From a virus: DNA of 64,000 nt. The translations under genes and the position numbers were made by a program. How positions within the stretch are numbered: position 1 is the stretch's first letter; the number at the start of each line of letters is the position of its first letter. The notes under the pieces were generated by a model. That model worked only from the letters and a program-made list of their open reading frames with translations. It did not search any database and was not told the origin of the DNA. Location of the stretch: the IMG/VR virus record IMGVR_UViG_3300016472_001104, positions 1 to 64,000 of that record; one strand, 5' to 3'. Shown in pieces: positions 7,981-17,457 of the stretch.

Positions 7981-10839
7981 TCATGCTGCGTTGTGGATGA
8001 CAATCATGAGGCGATCATCTGCAACTGTGTCGAAGCCGATGAGACGGATGTTGTCAACGCTTTGGATGCTGTAGTCTTCGCCGAACGCAAGGCGCACGCC
8101 GTTGAGGTAAACATCCATTGCAATCTTCTTCGCTGCATCTGAAGCGATCGATGCCGAGCGGAGTGATCCGACTGAAGAGAAGTCGATGTCAGATCCTGCT
8201 GCAACAACTCCTGGCATGATGGCGTCTTGCTTGAAGTTACCACCTGATGCCGCAGAGATGATTGCAGAGACGAGAGAGACCGCACCGAACTGGGCCTCAA
8301 ATGCTGCTTGCTCACCGTCAGCTGCGAGGCTGAAAGCTTCATCGCCAAGGGCAACGAGCTTGAGTTCAGCACCGGCTTCTGCCTTAACAGAGAAGTCAGA
8401 TCCATCCTTGGCGATAGAACCGACCATTGAACCTTGGTCAGCACCGATCTTGGCTTGTGACATCCATGCTGGTGCAAGTGCAGCACCGCCAAGTTCAATT
8501 GCGTTATCGCTGTCAACGTTTCCTTCAACATCGAGCTTGGCGAAGATAAATTCTCCGTCATGTGAGTTCTGTCCGAGGACAAGATCGTCGTATCCGCCAC
8601 CGGAGTGGAGCACGATACCCTTGTCATCAGAACCAGCAGAACCGGTTGCGATGTGGATGAATGCGTCCTTAACCTGGAGGTTTTGGGTCTCGATGTATGT
8701 CATTGCACCTTGAACGCGAAGGTCACCAACGACAACCGCATCACCGGTGACGTTAAGTGACGCAAATGTTGCGTCAGACGCTGAGATATCACCAGCAATT
8801 GTTGCATTACCGTCCATTTGAAGGTCGCCGCTGGAGCTGATGGAAAGACCAGATGCTCCGTATCCACCACCAACTGCGAGTGTTGCAAACTGAGCATCAT
8901 CAGCAGAGATGTCTCCGGTGATGCTTGCTGCACCTGTCATGCTGAGATCGCCAGAAATTGAAACGTTGTTTCCGAAGGAAGACGTTCCGCTTGTGGTGAG
9001 TTCAGCAATAGAGGTGTTTCCTGCGCTAAGTGTGCCACCGATGGATGCATTTCCAGAAACATCAAGTGCTCCTGAGAAGTTTCCATCAACTGCTCCTACG
9101 TCGCCGCTAAATGTACCGTCTGTTGCAGAAATTGCAGCGAAGGTAGATGCACCGACAACGGAGAGGGTGCTTGCGAAAGAAACCGCACCATCGACATCAA
9201 GTGTGCTGTTGAGATCAACTGCACCATCAACAGCAAGTGTGCTGTATGCATGGACTGCACCGTGAAGGTCAGATGCCATTGCAACGTCGAGAGCACCGTT
9301 GAGATCTGCATCTCCGTCAACGATGAGGTCGCTGTATGCATGCACATCTCCGTGGAGATCTGAGGCCATTGCAACATCAAGTGAACCGTTGAAATCAGCA
9401 TTACCTGTGAGTTCAAGTGCTCCTGCAAGAGTTGCCTTTCCTGCGACATCAAGAGTTGAAGAGAAATCAACCGCACCAGTTACATCGAGTGTTGAAGCCA
9501 TGGTGGCTGCACCATCGACATTGAGTGAGGAGTTCATGTCAACGGAACCGGTGACAATGAGTGATCCTTCGAGGACGGAGTTACCAGCAACTGAAAGGTT
9601 AGAAGTGATTGCAGCGTCACCCATGACAGCGAGGTCAGAGGCCAATGTTGCATCACCTGTGACTGTGAGAGCACCTGCAACTGACGCATCGTCAGAGAAG
9701 GTTGCTGCACCGGTTGTGCTAAATGCACCATCAACAGCGAGTTCAGATCCGTCAAAGGTGAGTTTTGATTCGTCCTTGATAGATCCATCTGAGTCAACGA
9801 TGTAGAGGCGTTGTGAAACGTCTCCATCAATCTTCATGGATGCTGCCATCACAGTACCAGAAGCGTCAATATCTCCGTCAACTGCGAGCTTAGATCCGTC
9901 GAAGACAAGCTTTGCTTCATCCTTCATTGAACCGTCTGAGTCAACGATGTAGAGACGTTGTGCTGTGTCGCCATCAATGCTGATCTTGTTTGCAGTTACG
10001 TTGCCATTGAAGTCTGCGACACCTGCAACAGAAAGATCACCAGTGAGATCAGAATCTCCAGCAACTTCGAGGTTGCCGTCGAGGTTTGCAAGGCCGACGA
10101 TCTGAACTTCGGCATCGAACGTTGCCTTTCCTGTAACGTCGAGTGTTGAAGCCATTTCGACCGCGCCGGTGAGCGTGGACGCTCCATCGACGCTGAGGGA
10201 ATCAGAGAGAGAAGCAGCTTGTGTGACAGAGAGAGAGCCACGAACTGTTGTTGCAAGCCCTGAAGCAGCAAGGTCAACTGCACCTGCTACGTCGAGGCTT
10301 CCATTGAGATCTGCTGCACCGTCAACGCGGAGGTCGGCGTAAGCGCGGACGTTTCCGTGAAGGTCTGATGTACCGGCAACGTCGAAGTTTCCATCAACGT
10401 CTGCGGCGCCATCAACGTGAAGGCTGCTATCGAAATCAGCTGCGCCTTGAACGTTAAGTGTTGATTGAAGAGTTGCAGCACCGACAACGCTGAGGCTTGA
10501 TCCCATGGAGACCGCACCAGCGAGATCAGAAGCGTATGCAACGTTGAGATCCCCACCGATGTTTGCATCAGCAACTGAGCTGATGTCACCCTGGAATGAT
10601 GCATCAACTCCTGTTGCACGCATTGCTCCGTAGATGTCTGCAAGGTCTTGTGAACCATCGAGCGCATCTGACCATGCAGACGTACCCATGACTCTCTTCA
10701 TTTGTGAACGAAGTGAGTTAAGGTCGTCAAGGATAGAACGATTTGCCTTTGTGAGATCAGCAAGAGCGACGCTATCGCTCAAGTCTGACGGAAGTGAACC
10801 GCTGATCTGTGATTGTTGAACCTGTGTTTTTTTAGCCAT
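7981..10839 (-). CDS. Acidic repeat-rich fibre or appendage protein (beta-helix-like repeats)
   Basis: 952 aa of ~6/12-residue LxVxGxxxxx repeats, Asp-rich. C-terminal VYLNGVRL..GEDY domain. AAGGTG SD and ATACTTAT motif upstream. Confidence 0.65.
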   Translation of the reverse strand: MAKKTQVQQSQISGSLPSDLSDSVALADLTKANRSILDDLNSLRSQMKRVMGTSAWSDALDGSQDLADIYGAMRATGVDASFQGDISSVADANIGGDLNVAYASDLAGAVSMGSSLSVVGAATLQSTLNVQGAADFDSSLHVDGAADVDGNFDVAGTSDLHGNVRAYADLRVDGAADLNGSLDVAGAVDLAASGLATTVRGSLSVTQAASLSDSLSVDGASTLTGAVEMASTLDVTGKATFDAEVQIVGLANLDGNLEVAGDSDLTGDLSVAGVADFNGNVTANKISIDGDTAQRLYIVDSDGSMKDEAKLVFDGSKLAVDGDIDASGTVMAASMKIDGDVSQRLYIVDSDGSIKDESKLTFDGSELAVDGAFSTTGAATFSDDASVAGALTVTGDATLASDLAVMGDAAITSNLSVAGNSVLEGSLIVTGSVDMNSSLNVDGAATMASTLDVTGAVDFSSTLDVAGKATLAGALELTGNADFNGSLDVAMASDLHGDVHAYSDLIVDGDADLNGALDVAMASDLHGAVHAYSTLAVDGAVDLNSTLDVDGAVSFASTLSVVGASTFAAISATDGTFSGDVGAVDGNFSGALDVSGNASIGGTLSAGNTSIAELTTSGTSSFGNNVSISGDLSMTGAASITGDISADDAQFATLAVGGGYGASGLSISSSGDLQMDGNATIAGDISASDATFASLNVTGDAVVVGDLRVQGAMTYIETQNLQVKDAFIHIATGSAGSDDKGIVLHSGGGYDDLVLGQNSHDGEFIFAKLDVEGNVDSDNAIELGGAALAPAWMSQAKIGADQGSMVGSIAKDGSDFSVKAEAGAELKLVALGDEAFSLAADGEQAAFEAQFGAVSLVSAIISAASGGNFKQDAIMPGVVAAGSDIDFSSVGSLRSASIASDAAKKIAMDVYLNGVRLAFGEDYSIQSVDNIRLIGFDTVADDRLMIVIHNAA
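9728..9978 (-). repeat. Internal duplication (147-nt period) in the fibre gene
   Basis: IDGDTAQRLYIVDSDGSMKDEAKLVFDGSKLAVDG versus IDGDVSQRLYIVDSDGSIKDESKLTFDGSELAVDG. Confidence 0.85.
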
Positions 10840-10909
10840 TGTTACACCTTAAAAGTGATAATTGCGTACGTACAGGTCGACACACCACGTGCGGCCTTGG
10901 TACGCATTC

Positions 10910-10917
10910 ATAAGTAT
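10910..10917 (-). promoter_or_regulatory. ATANTTAW putative late promoter
   Basis: ATACTTAT on the minus strand, ~70 nt upstream of the fibre start. Confidence 0.5.
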
Positions 10918-11094
10918 TCGCTAGCGAACTACAGTAATACGCTGGCGATGCACTATTTGTCACGATTTTGTCATACTTTCACTTTTTTAGATTACAAGTG
11001 CGAAAAACGGTTATAGCGAAAAATTCTTCAACTCAAATCAATAGTTCGACCATAATTTTATCTAAGGACCCAGCGTGTCGAAGGACGCACAAAC

Positions 11095-12279
11095 ATGTCA
11101 ACATTTTTAACCACTATCAATCCAACGCCGTTTGGTTTTTTTGATTCTGAGGTATCATTTCAAACAGAAGCAGATTCGATGGTTTTGTTTGTAAAAAGAA
11201 AACTTGGCGATGATGTTCTTTCAGTTGAATTAACAAAGAAAGAAATTTGGGCCTGTTTTGAAGAGGCTTGTTGTGAGTATTCCCGTCTCATTCACGAGAT
11301 GAAGATCACTTCTGAGTTGACTAATATACTTGGCTTGCCAACTACAACCAACGTGACAAACAAATATGCTCAAAGAACGATAGAACACCTTTTAAGGATG
11401 GCTGAACCATATGCATCTGAGGCGTTTGTCGGTGGTTCTTATGATGCAACACTTGGGTATATTGATCTTGTTTCCGGTAGACAGGATTACAACATATATT
11501 CAGAGGTAAAGGTTGCTTCTGGAAGCATGTCTGGTAGTGTACTTTACGAAACATTACCGTCTGGATCTAAGGGAAAACTTAAGATTGTTGAAATCTTTCA
11601 TTTTGAGCCATTGGCTGCACAACAATTTTTGTTGAATGCTTCAAACGTAACAAACTTTCTTGCGACAAACTTTAATTACGAATCGTATGTAAATTCTACG
11701 GTTTTTTATGTCCTGCCGGTGTTTGAGGATATTTTGAGAAGAGGAATGCTTGAGACAGCATTTCGTGTTAGACGTTCAAACTATAGCTATGACGTATTGG
11801 GCAGTAACCTAAGGATCTACCCAACACCATCAACTGACCTGCAGACAGGAAAACTGTTCATAAAATTGATGCCAAAGCATGATCCGTATAACCCTACTGC
11901 TTATGGCGACGATTCAATAAATGGAATTTCAGGACCTTCAGACGTGCCGTTCGGAAACATACCATTTATATCAATAAACCAGCCAGGTCGACAGTGGATT
12001 CGTCAATATACATTGGCACTTTGTAAGGAACTTCTAGGATTGATCCGATCAAAGTTTCAATCAATTCCAATACCGAACGCTGAACTTCAGCTTAACGGTG
12101 ACTCGTTGGTAACCCAAGGCAGAGATGATAAGGAAAAGTTAACGACACAGATGAAGGAATTCCTTGCAAACTTGACATATGCAAAGATGTTAGAAACTGA
12201 CGCATTAGCTGCTGAAAACCTACAAAAACAACTTAAATACGTGCCGATGCCTTTGGGGAAGGGCATCGTCATCGGGTGA
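11095..12279 (+). CDS. Neck protein (T4 gp13-like)
   Basis: KRKLG..VLSVEL, WIRQYTLALCKELLG..RSKF and LNG..L..QG motifs; first gene of the neck/tail block. Confidence 0.8.
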   Translation: MSTFLTTINPTPFGFFDSEVSFQTEADSMVLFVKRKLGDDVLSVELTKKEIWACFEEACCEYSRLIHEMKITSELTNILGLPTTTNVTNKYAQRTIEHLLRMAEPYASEAFVGGSYDATLGYIDLVSGRQDYNIYSEVKVASGSMSGSVLYETLPSGSKGKLKIVEIFHFEPLAAQQFLLNASNVTNFLATNFNYESYVNSTVFYVLPVFEDILRRGMLETAFRVRRSNYSYDVLGSNLRIYPTPSTDLQTGKLFIKLMPKHDPYNPTAYGDDSINGISGPSDVPFGNIPFISINQPGRQWIRQYTLALCKELLGLIRSKFQSIPIPNAELQLNGDSLVTQGRDDKEKLTTQMKEFLANLTYAKMLETDALAAENLQKQLKYVPMPLGKGIVIG

Positions 12280-12287
12280 GGTAAATT

Positions 12288-12956
12288 ATGGCACGTCTAT
12301 TCATAACATCACGTGAAATAAATTTCATCTCTGACGTTACCAAAGAGATCATAAAGGACGTTGTAGGTCAAAAGATTTATTACTATCCAATATCCGAGAC
12401 AAAAACAAAATCTCACGAAGTTTATGATGAAGCCCTTCAAAAGATTTTTGATAATCCTATAATTGTTGATGTTTTGGTTAATGCGGAGTTTCAAACTGAA
12501 ACAAAAATTGACAAGTTTGGTGTAGATACACAGTTTACTTTGGAAGTTTACATCCAACACAGGGACATGGTAGAAAAAGGAATTAATCCTTCAATCGGTG
12601 ATTACTTTTCTTTTGGCGCAATTTTTTATGAAATAACAGAATACAAATACATGCGCACAATCTACGGTCAAGCCGAGAACATTGACGGTGTATCATTAAT
12701 AGGCAACAGGGTTCGTGAAAGTCAATTCAAGGCACTTACGGTTGGTCCAACAGATATCAAGTATACAGATGATGATGCAACGCAAAAGACGTTTGTCCAA
12801 CAACGTGGTTTTGCAGAAAACAAGGAAGGTGAGACTGCGGACGTTAGAGATCTTGTTAAGAACGGGGTCCTTGATCCGCCTCTCACAGGGCCCAAAGAAA
12901 TCTCCAGTAATGGAGACCCAGGTGGCGTTGGAAATGCTTTCTATGATGAGGATTGA
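12288..12956 (+). CDS. Neck/head-closure protein (T4 gp14-like)
   Basis: IIKDVVGQKIYYY, VYDEA, KFG, P.IGDYF...FYEI; lies between gp13-like and gp15-like genes. Confidence 0.7.
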   Translation: MARLFITSREINFISDVTKEIIKDVVGQKIYYYPISETKTKSHEVYDEALQKIFDNPIIVDVLVNAEFQTETKIDKFGVDTQFTLEVYIQHRDMVEKGINPSIGDYFSFGAIFYEITEYKYMRTIYGQAENIDGVSLIGNRVRESQFKALTVGPTDIKYTDDDATQKTFVQQRGFAENKEGETADVRDLVKNGVLDPPLTGPKEISSNGDPGGVGNAFYDED

Positions 12957-12958
12957 AT

Positions 12959-14302
12959 ATGCCAACTAGATTTAACTCAAGCAGCAAGCAGAGGTACGGC
13001 GTCACCGGAATCAATTTACCATCGCACCAAGGAAGTCCAGACCTAACAATCCCTCCAGTTGGCATTGAAGACGTCGACGTTGCCTTATTTAAATTGTTTG
13101 ATAATGAAATTAAGTTACAGGTGGGTGGAAATAATTCAGATTTTAAAAAGGTTCCTGTGATCTTTGCAACGGGAGAAAAGTGGGCAATTTTAAAGAAAAA
13201 AAGCGCCTTAAGAGATAAAAACAACTCATTAATTCTTCCGTTATTGACGATAGCAAGAACGGCAATAAATCAAGATCTTGGTTCTGACGTCTCCGGAAGG
13301 GGTATAAATCAGCAAACCGGTGAAATCATAATAAAAAGAAGGTTGGATAAATCTGACAGGGGATATCAAAACCTCATAAATCGCTATCTTTTAAAAAACC
13401 AACTTAATGTTGCAACAAACCCTGACCTTGAACATGCTAATGATCAATTGTTGACTGACCGGGGGGTCGGTGCAGATTCTGATGATGTTGCTGTACGAGA
13501 TGGTGCCTGGCTCGCAGACATAAAGAAAAATAACATATATGAAACAATAGTCATTCCATCCCCCCAATTTTGCAGCATAACATATGAATTAACGTTATGG
13601 ACTCAATATACGCAACACATGAATCAATTGTTAGAACAAATCATTGCGTCATTTTTGCCGCAAGGAAACGCGTGGAAGCTAGACACGCCAAAAGGTTATT
13701 GGTTCATTGCAACGGTTGATGGAAATTCATATAGTCCTGATAATAATTTCAACGAGTTAGGTAGAGACGAAAGGGTTGTTAAATACACGTTTAATGTGAA
13801 GGTTAATGCATATATTTTTGCGACACAATACCCAGGGGTTGGAATTCCTGTGAAGAGATATGTTTCAAGTCCAATCATAAAGTTTCAAACAGACATTGAT
13901 CCGCAGGGAGAAATTATCAATTCAGAAAGCGATAAAATTCTCAATGACCCATTCATTGGATCAGATGATCCAACATTCCCTTTAAATGAAACAAAAAATC
14001 GTAGAAAAGACCAAAGGAATGTTGGAACAAGGTTGTTGAATCATTTTGATGATCCAAATGATTCAGAAGATCCAGCAATTAAAAACAGAACATCTAAAGA
14101 CGGAATGCCATTGTACGAAAAGATACAATACGTTGATGCTGATGGTAACACAAGCACAGGTTATGCTAGGGTTTATAGGGTAAACCAATCACTGGGAGAG
14201 TCAGTGATAAAGCCTGCGTCATTAATTTCTGATAAACCAGCACCGGTAACAGCAGAGGCTTTGCTTGGTGGTCTTACCTATCATATCGTTGAAGATAAGT
14301 GA
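12959..14302 (+). CDS. Tail terminator / sheath stabiliser (T4 gp15-like)
   Basis: KVPVIFATGEKW, LPLLTI.R, P....ITYELTLWTQY..MNQLLEQII. Confidence 0.75.
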   Translation: MPTRFNSSSKQRYGVTGINLPSHQGSPDLTIPPVGIEDVDVALFKLFDNEIKLQVGGNNSDFKKVPVIFATGEKWAILKKKSALRDKNNSLILPLLTIARTAINQDLGSDVSGRGINQQTGEIIIKRRLDKSDRGYQNLINRYLLKNQLNVATNPDLEHANDQLLTDRGVGADSDDVAVRDGAWLADIKKNNIYETIVIPSPQFCSITYELTLWTQYTQHMNQLLEQIIASFLPQGNAWKLDTPKGYWFIATVDGNSYSPDNNFNELGRDERVVKYTFNVKVNAYIFATQYPGVGIPVKRYVSSPIIKFQTDIDPQGEIINSESDKILNDPFIGSDDPTFPLNETKNRRKDQRNVGTRLLNHFDDPNDSEDPAIKNRTSKDGMPLYEKIQYVDADGNTSTGYARVYRVNQSLGESVIKPASLISDKPAPVTAEALLGGLTYHIVEDK

Positions 14303-14328
14303 GTAATTTGATTTTTGGTTTTTTTCAA

Positions 14329-14336
14329 ATACTTAT
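14329..14336 (+). promoter_or_regulatory. ATANTTAW putative late promoter
   Basis: ATACTTAT upstream of sheath 1, which has an AAGGAG SD. Confidence 0.5.
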
Positions 14337-14373
14337 AGGAAAGTTTTGTGCGTTGCAATGAAGGAGCTGGATA

Positions 14374-17300
14374 ATGGCTGAGCAAGTTTTTAGGTCTCCT
14401 AATTTTTTTGAAAGAGAAGTTGAATTAAAGGCGCCGCCTGTAACGGGACCCATCGGGGTACCTGCTGGCGTGATTGGTACTTCCAATAAGGGACCGGCAT
14501 TTGTTCCGGTTACTGTCGCTAGTTTTAATGAATTCGTTAGCATCTTTGGAAACCTGGACCCAAAGAAGTTTGGACCATATGCAGTCAATGAATTTTTGAA
14601 AAACAGATCATCTTTAACCTATATGAGGGTCTTGGGTGCTGGTGCTAATAAAACAATTACAGATATTTCTAACACTGTGACAACCGGTCGTGTAAAAAAT
14701 GCCGGTTTTAAGCTCGAAGGAACAGTTGCATCAGATGATGCAAAAGGAAGGCATGTAGGAGCCGTCCAGTTTTTAGTTGCAGATCACACGCTTCAAGCAA
14801 ATGAAGCATATGGAATGCCAATGTTTACAGACAACGGATCACGATCACAATCAAGTAACATGAGCTTGGTTCGTGGCGTTGTTATGATGGCTGCCGGTGC
14901 AAGAATGATGGTTCTTGATGGCAATCAATCCGTTCCTTCAGCGTTTTCAGGTGCAACAACATTTGATGATGCTGCGCTGGTTAAGTCGGGAAAATTTAAG
15001 CTCGTTATATCTTCAACGCTTGGTTCAACATTTTCTTTTGACGATAAACTTTCCGGAGTGAAAATTTACACGGCTTCAATGAATCCGTCAAGCGATGATT
15101 ACTTTGGTAAGGTTCTTAACAGAGATCCTGAAAAGTTTGAACAGTATCAACACCTTCTTTATTCAGATCTTGCTGTTGATGATGAAGTTGCGACGGTTGT
15201 AAATGACGATTATGTTGCAGTTCTTTCAGGTTCAACCTTGACAAGTACGGTTTCTGGTGAACCGACAACAGAATTTAGAAAGATGTTTGGTGCATTTGAT
15301 ACGAGGTATACTTCACCAAGAACACCTTACTTTATTTCTCAGCCATTCGGTGCAACTGAATATGATCTTTTTGCGGTTGAATCACTTGATGATGGTGCAT
15401 ACGCAAACAGCCTCTACAAGGTTTCCATTTCAAATATCAAGGTTTCAGAAAATGAAGCAGATGAATATGGAACGTTTAATCTTCAAATACGTGATTGGAA
15501 TGACACAGATATCAATCCAATGGTTTTGGAAGAATTTGTTAATTGTTCTTTAAATCCTGACGCTGACAATTATATTGGTAAGCTTGTTGGTGATCGTAAG
15601 GTAACTTATGATTTTGATCAAGATGTTGTCAGCGAAAGAAGAATAATCACCAGTGGAAAGTATGCAAACATATCTAAATACGTTAGGTTGGTGATCAATC
15701 CTTCTGTTGACGACAAGAAGGTTCCTGCTAAATCGCTTCCATTCGGATTTAGAGGCCATGAGGTGATCAAAACAAACGATGCTCTCACCGATGGCGTAAC
15801 TTCAGCGAAGAGGCTGACAGGTTTGTTTGATGCGGATTCAGTTGGTTTCTTATCTCAATCTATCGTTCCTCCTGTGCCTTTTAGGTTCAAGGTGACCAAG
15901 GGTTCAATCACAACACCAGCATGGGATGGTGATCCTGGTCCTCAAGAGGTTGCATCATCCCAGTTCTATTGGGGTGTTAAGTTTGAAAGAAATAATGTAC
16001 CTTTGAATGCAAATCTTTCAGAGTTAAAAAATCCTCTTCTAGAGAGCTTTACAAAATTCTCTGGAATTAAGAAGTTAGATTCTTTGGTGACAGGCTCCGG
16101 TGCTGACTTGTTTAACAACAACAAGTTCTCACTTTCTAAGGTGGCACTATCTGCCGGCACAATTGCAGGATTGACTGGCACGGTTAGATCTCACATGAGA
16201 GAGGCTGCATATGTTAGAAACGCAAAGGTTGATCCTTCAAATTATACGATAAATGATCCTGTTCTTGGAAATCGTGTTACGTTTGCAACACTTCTTTCTA
16301 ATGGTGAACCTTACGAGTTTAACAAGTATTCAACATATGCTAAGTTTACGACCTTTATGCAAGGCGGATTTGATGGTCTTAACATCCTTGATCCGGCTGC
16401 TTCAAGGATGAACGATAAAGCAACATCATTTGAAAATCCTCTTGGTGGTGCTTCAACATCATTCGTATCACCCGGCATGTTAACAAACCTTGCTGGATCT
16501 GGCGTTGATAACAATGCCGTTAACTCATACATCACTGCAGTTGATGTAATGACAGATCCACTTCAGGTGAACGTAAATCTACTCGCAGTTCCAGGAATTC
16601 GTGAAGATTACTTGACAAATTACACCGCAAAGAAAGTTAGAGATTACGGTCTTGCGATGTATGTCATGGATCTTCCAAACTATGACGATAACGATGCAAG
16701 AATTTATGATGATTCTACGAATAGAATCAATATTGAAAACACTGCAGCAACGTTTGAATCAAGGACGTTTGACAACAACTACGTAGCAACTTATTTCCCC
16801 AATGTGTACATAAACGACACAGTCAATAATCGTTACGTTAAAGTTCCTTCTTCAGTTGCAGCACTTGGAGCTTTAGGATTTAATGATAAGGTATCATATC
16901 CATGGTTTGCTCCAGCGGGATTTAACCGCGCTGCCCTTGACTTTGTTAACAACGTTGAAGTCAGATTAAATGTAACTGATCGTGATAGGCTTTACGACGC
17001 AAGAATAAATCCAATTGCAACATTCCCAAGACTTGGATTTGTTATTTACGGTCAAAAGACTTTACAGATCAGAAAATCTGCTCTCGACAGGGTTAACGTT
17101 AGAAGGCTCTTGTTAGAGGTCAAGAGATTGATCATCAGTATCGCAAACAAGATTGTTTTTGAGCAGAACACACCCGCTGTTCGTAACAAGTTTGTTGCTG
17201 ATGCGGTTCTTCAACTAAGCCTCATTCAGGCACAGGCGGGAATTGAAGCATACCAAGTTGTTATGAACGAAACAAACAACACACAAGAGGATGTCGATCT

Positions 17301-17400
17301 TAATCGACTCAACGGAAGGATCGTCGTTGTGCCGACAAGGGCAATAGAGTTTATCGCTATCGACTTTATCGTAACAAATGCCGGTGTCCAGTTCGTTTGA
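14374..17400 (+). CDS. Contractile tail sheath protein 1
   Basis: N-terminal SP..F.RE, G...KGPAFVP, F...FG. C-terminal PWFAPAG.NR, INPI, YGQKTL, LDRVNVRRLL, FEQN, PTRAIEFI. Confidence 0.93.
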   Translation: MAEQVFRSPNFFEREVELKAPPVTGPIGVPAGVIGTSNKGPAFVPVTVASFNEFVSIFGNLDPKKFGPYAVNEFLKNRSSLTYMRVLGAGANKTITDISNTVTTGRVKNAGFKLEGTVASDDAKGRHVGAVQFLVADHTLQANEAYGMPMFTDNGSRSQSSNMSLVRGVVMMAAGARMMVLDGNQSVPSAFSGATTFDDAALVKSGKFKLVISSTLGSTFSFDDKLSGVKIYTASMNPSSDDYFGKVLNRDPEKFEQYQHLLYSDLAVDDEVATVVNDDYVAVLSGSTLTSTVSGEPTTEFRKMFGAFDTRYTSPRTPYFISQPFGATEYDLFAVESLDDGAYANSLYKVSISNIKVSENEADEYGTFNLQIRDWNDTDINPMVLEEFVNCSLNPDADNYIGKLVGDRKVTYDFDQDVVSERRIITSGKYANISKYVRLVINPSVDDKKVPAKSLPFGFRGHEVIKTNDALTDGVTSAKRLTGLFDADSVGFLSQSIVPPVPFRFKVTKGSITTPAWDGDPGPQEVASSQFYWGVKFERNNVPLNANLSELKNPLLESFTKFSGIKKLDSLVTGSGADLFNNNKFSLSKVALSAGTIAGLTGTVRSHMREAAYVRNAKVDPSNYTINDPVLGNRVTFATLLSNGEPYEFNKYSTYAKFTTFMQGGFDGLNILDPAASRMNDKATSFENPLGGASTSFVSPGMLTNLAGSGVDNNAVNSYITAVDVMTDPLQVNVNLLAVPGIREDYLTNYTAKKVRDYGLAMYVMDLPNYDDNDARIYDDSTNRINIENTAATFESRTFDNNYVATYFPNVYINDTVNNRYVKVPSSVAALGALGFNDKVSYPWFAPAGFNRAALDFVNNVEVRLNVTDRDRLYDARINPIATFPRLGFVIYGQKTLQIRKSALDRVNVRRLLLEVKRLIISIANKIVFEQNTPAVRNKFVADAVLQLSLIQAQAGIEAYQVVMNETNNTQEDVDLNRLNGRIVVVPTRAIEFIAIDFIVTNAGVQFV

Positions 17401-17423
17401 TCTCAAAAAACGAAGATAATTTG

Positions 17424-17431
17424 ATATTTAT
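17424..17431 (+). promoter_or_regulatory. ATANTTAW putative late promoter
   Basis: ATATTTAT upstream of sheath 2, which has an AGGAG SD. Confidence 0.45.
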
Positions 17432-17457
17432 CATGCATAGTGTAGGAGCAAGAATAA

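Noticed and set aside
8004-10819. Many overlapping or antisense ORFs within the fibre gene, and similar ones in the sheath, tape measure and nrdJ genes
   Set aside because: They are shadow ORFs caused by codon bias and repeats, with no motifs or RBS.
10813-11016. 67-aa ORF in the divergent spacer
   Set aside because: TTG start overlapping the fibre start, no RBS, and it spans the promoter region.
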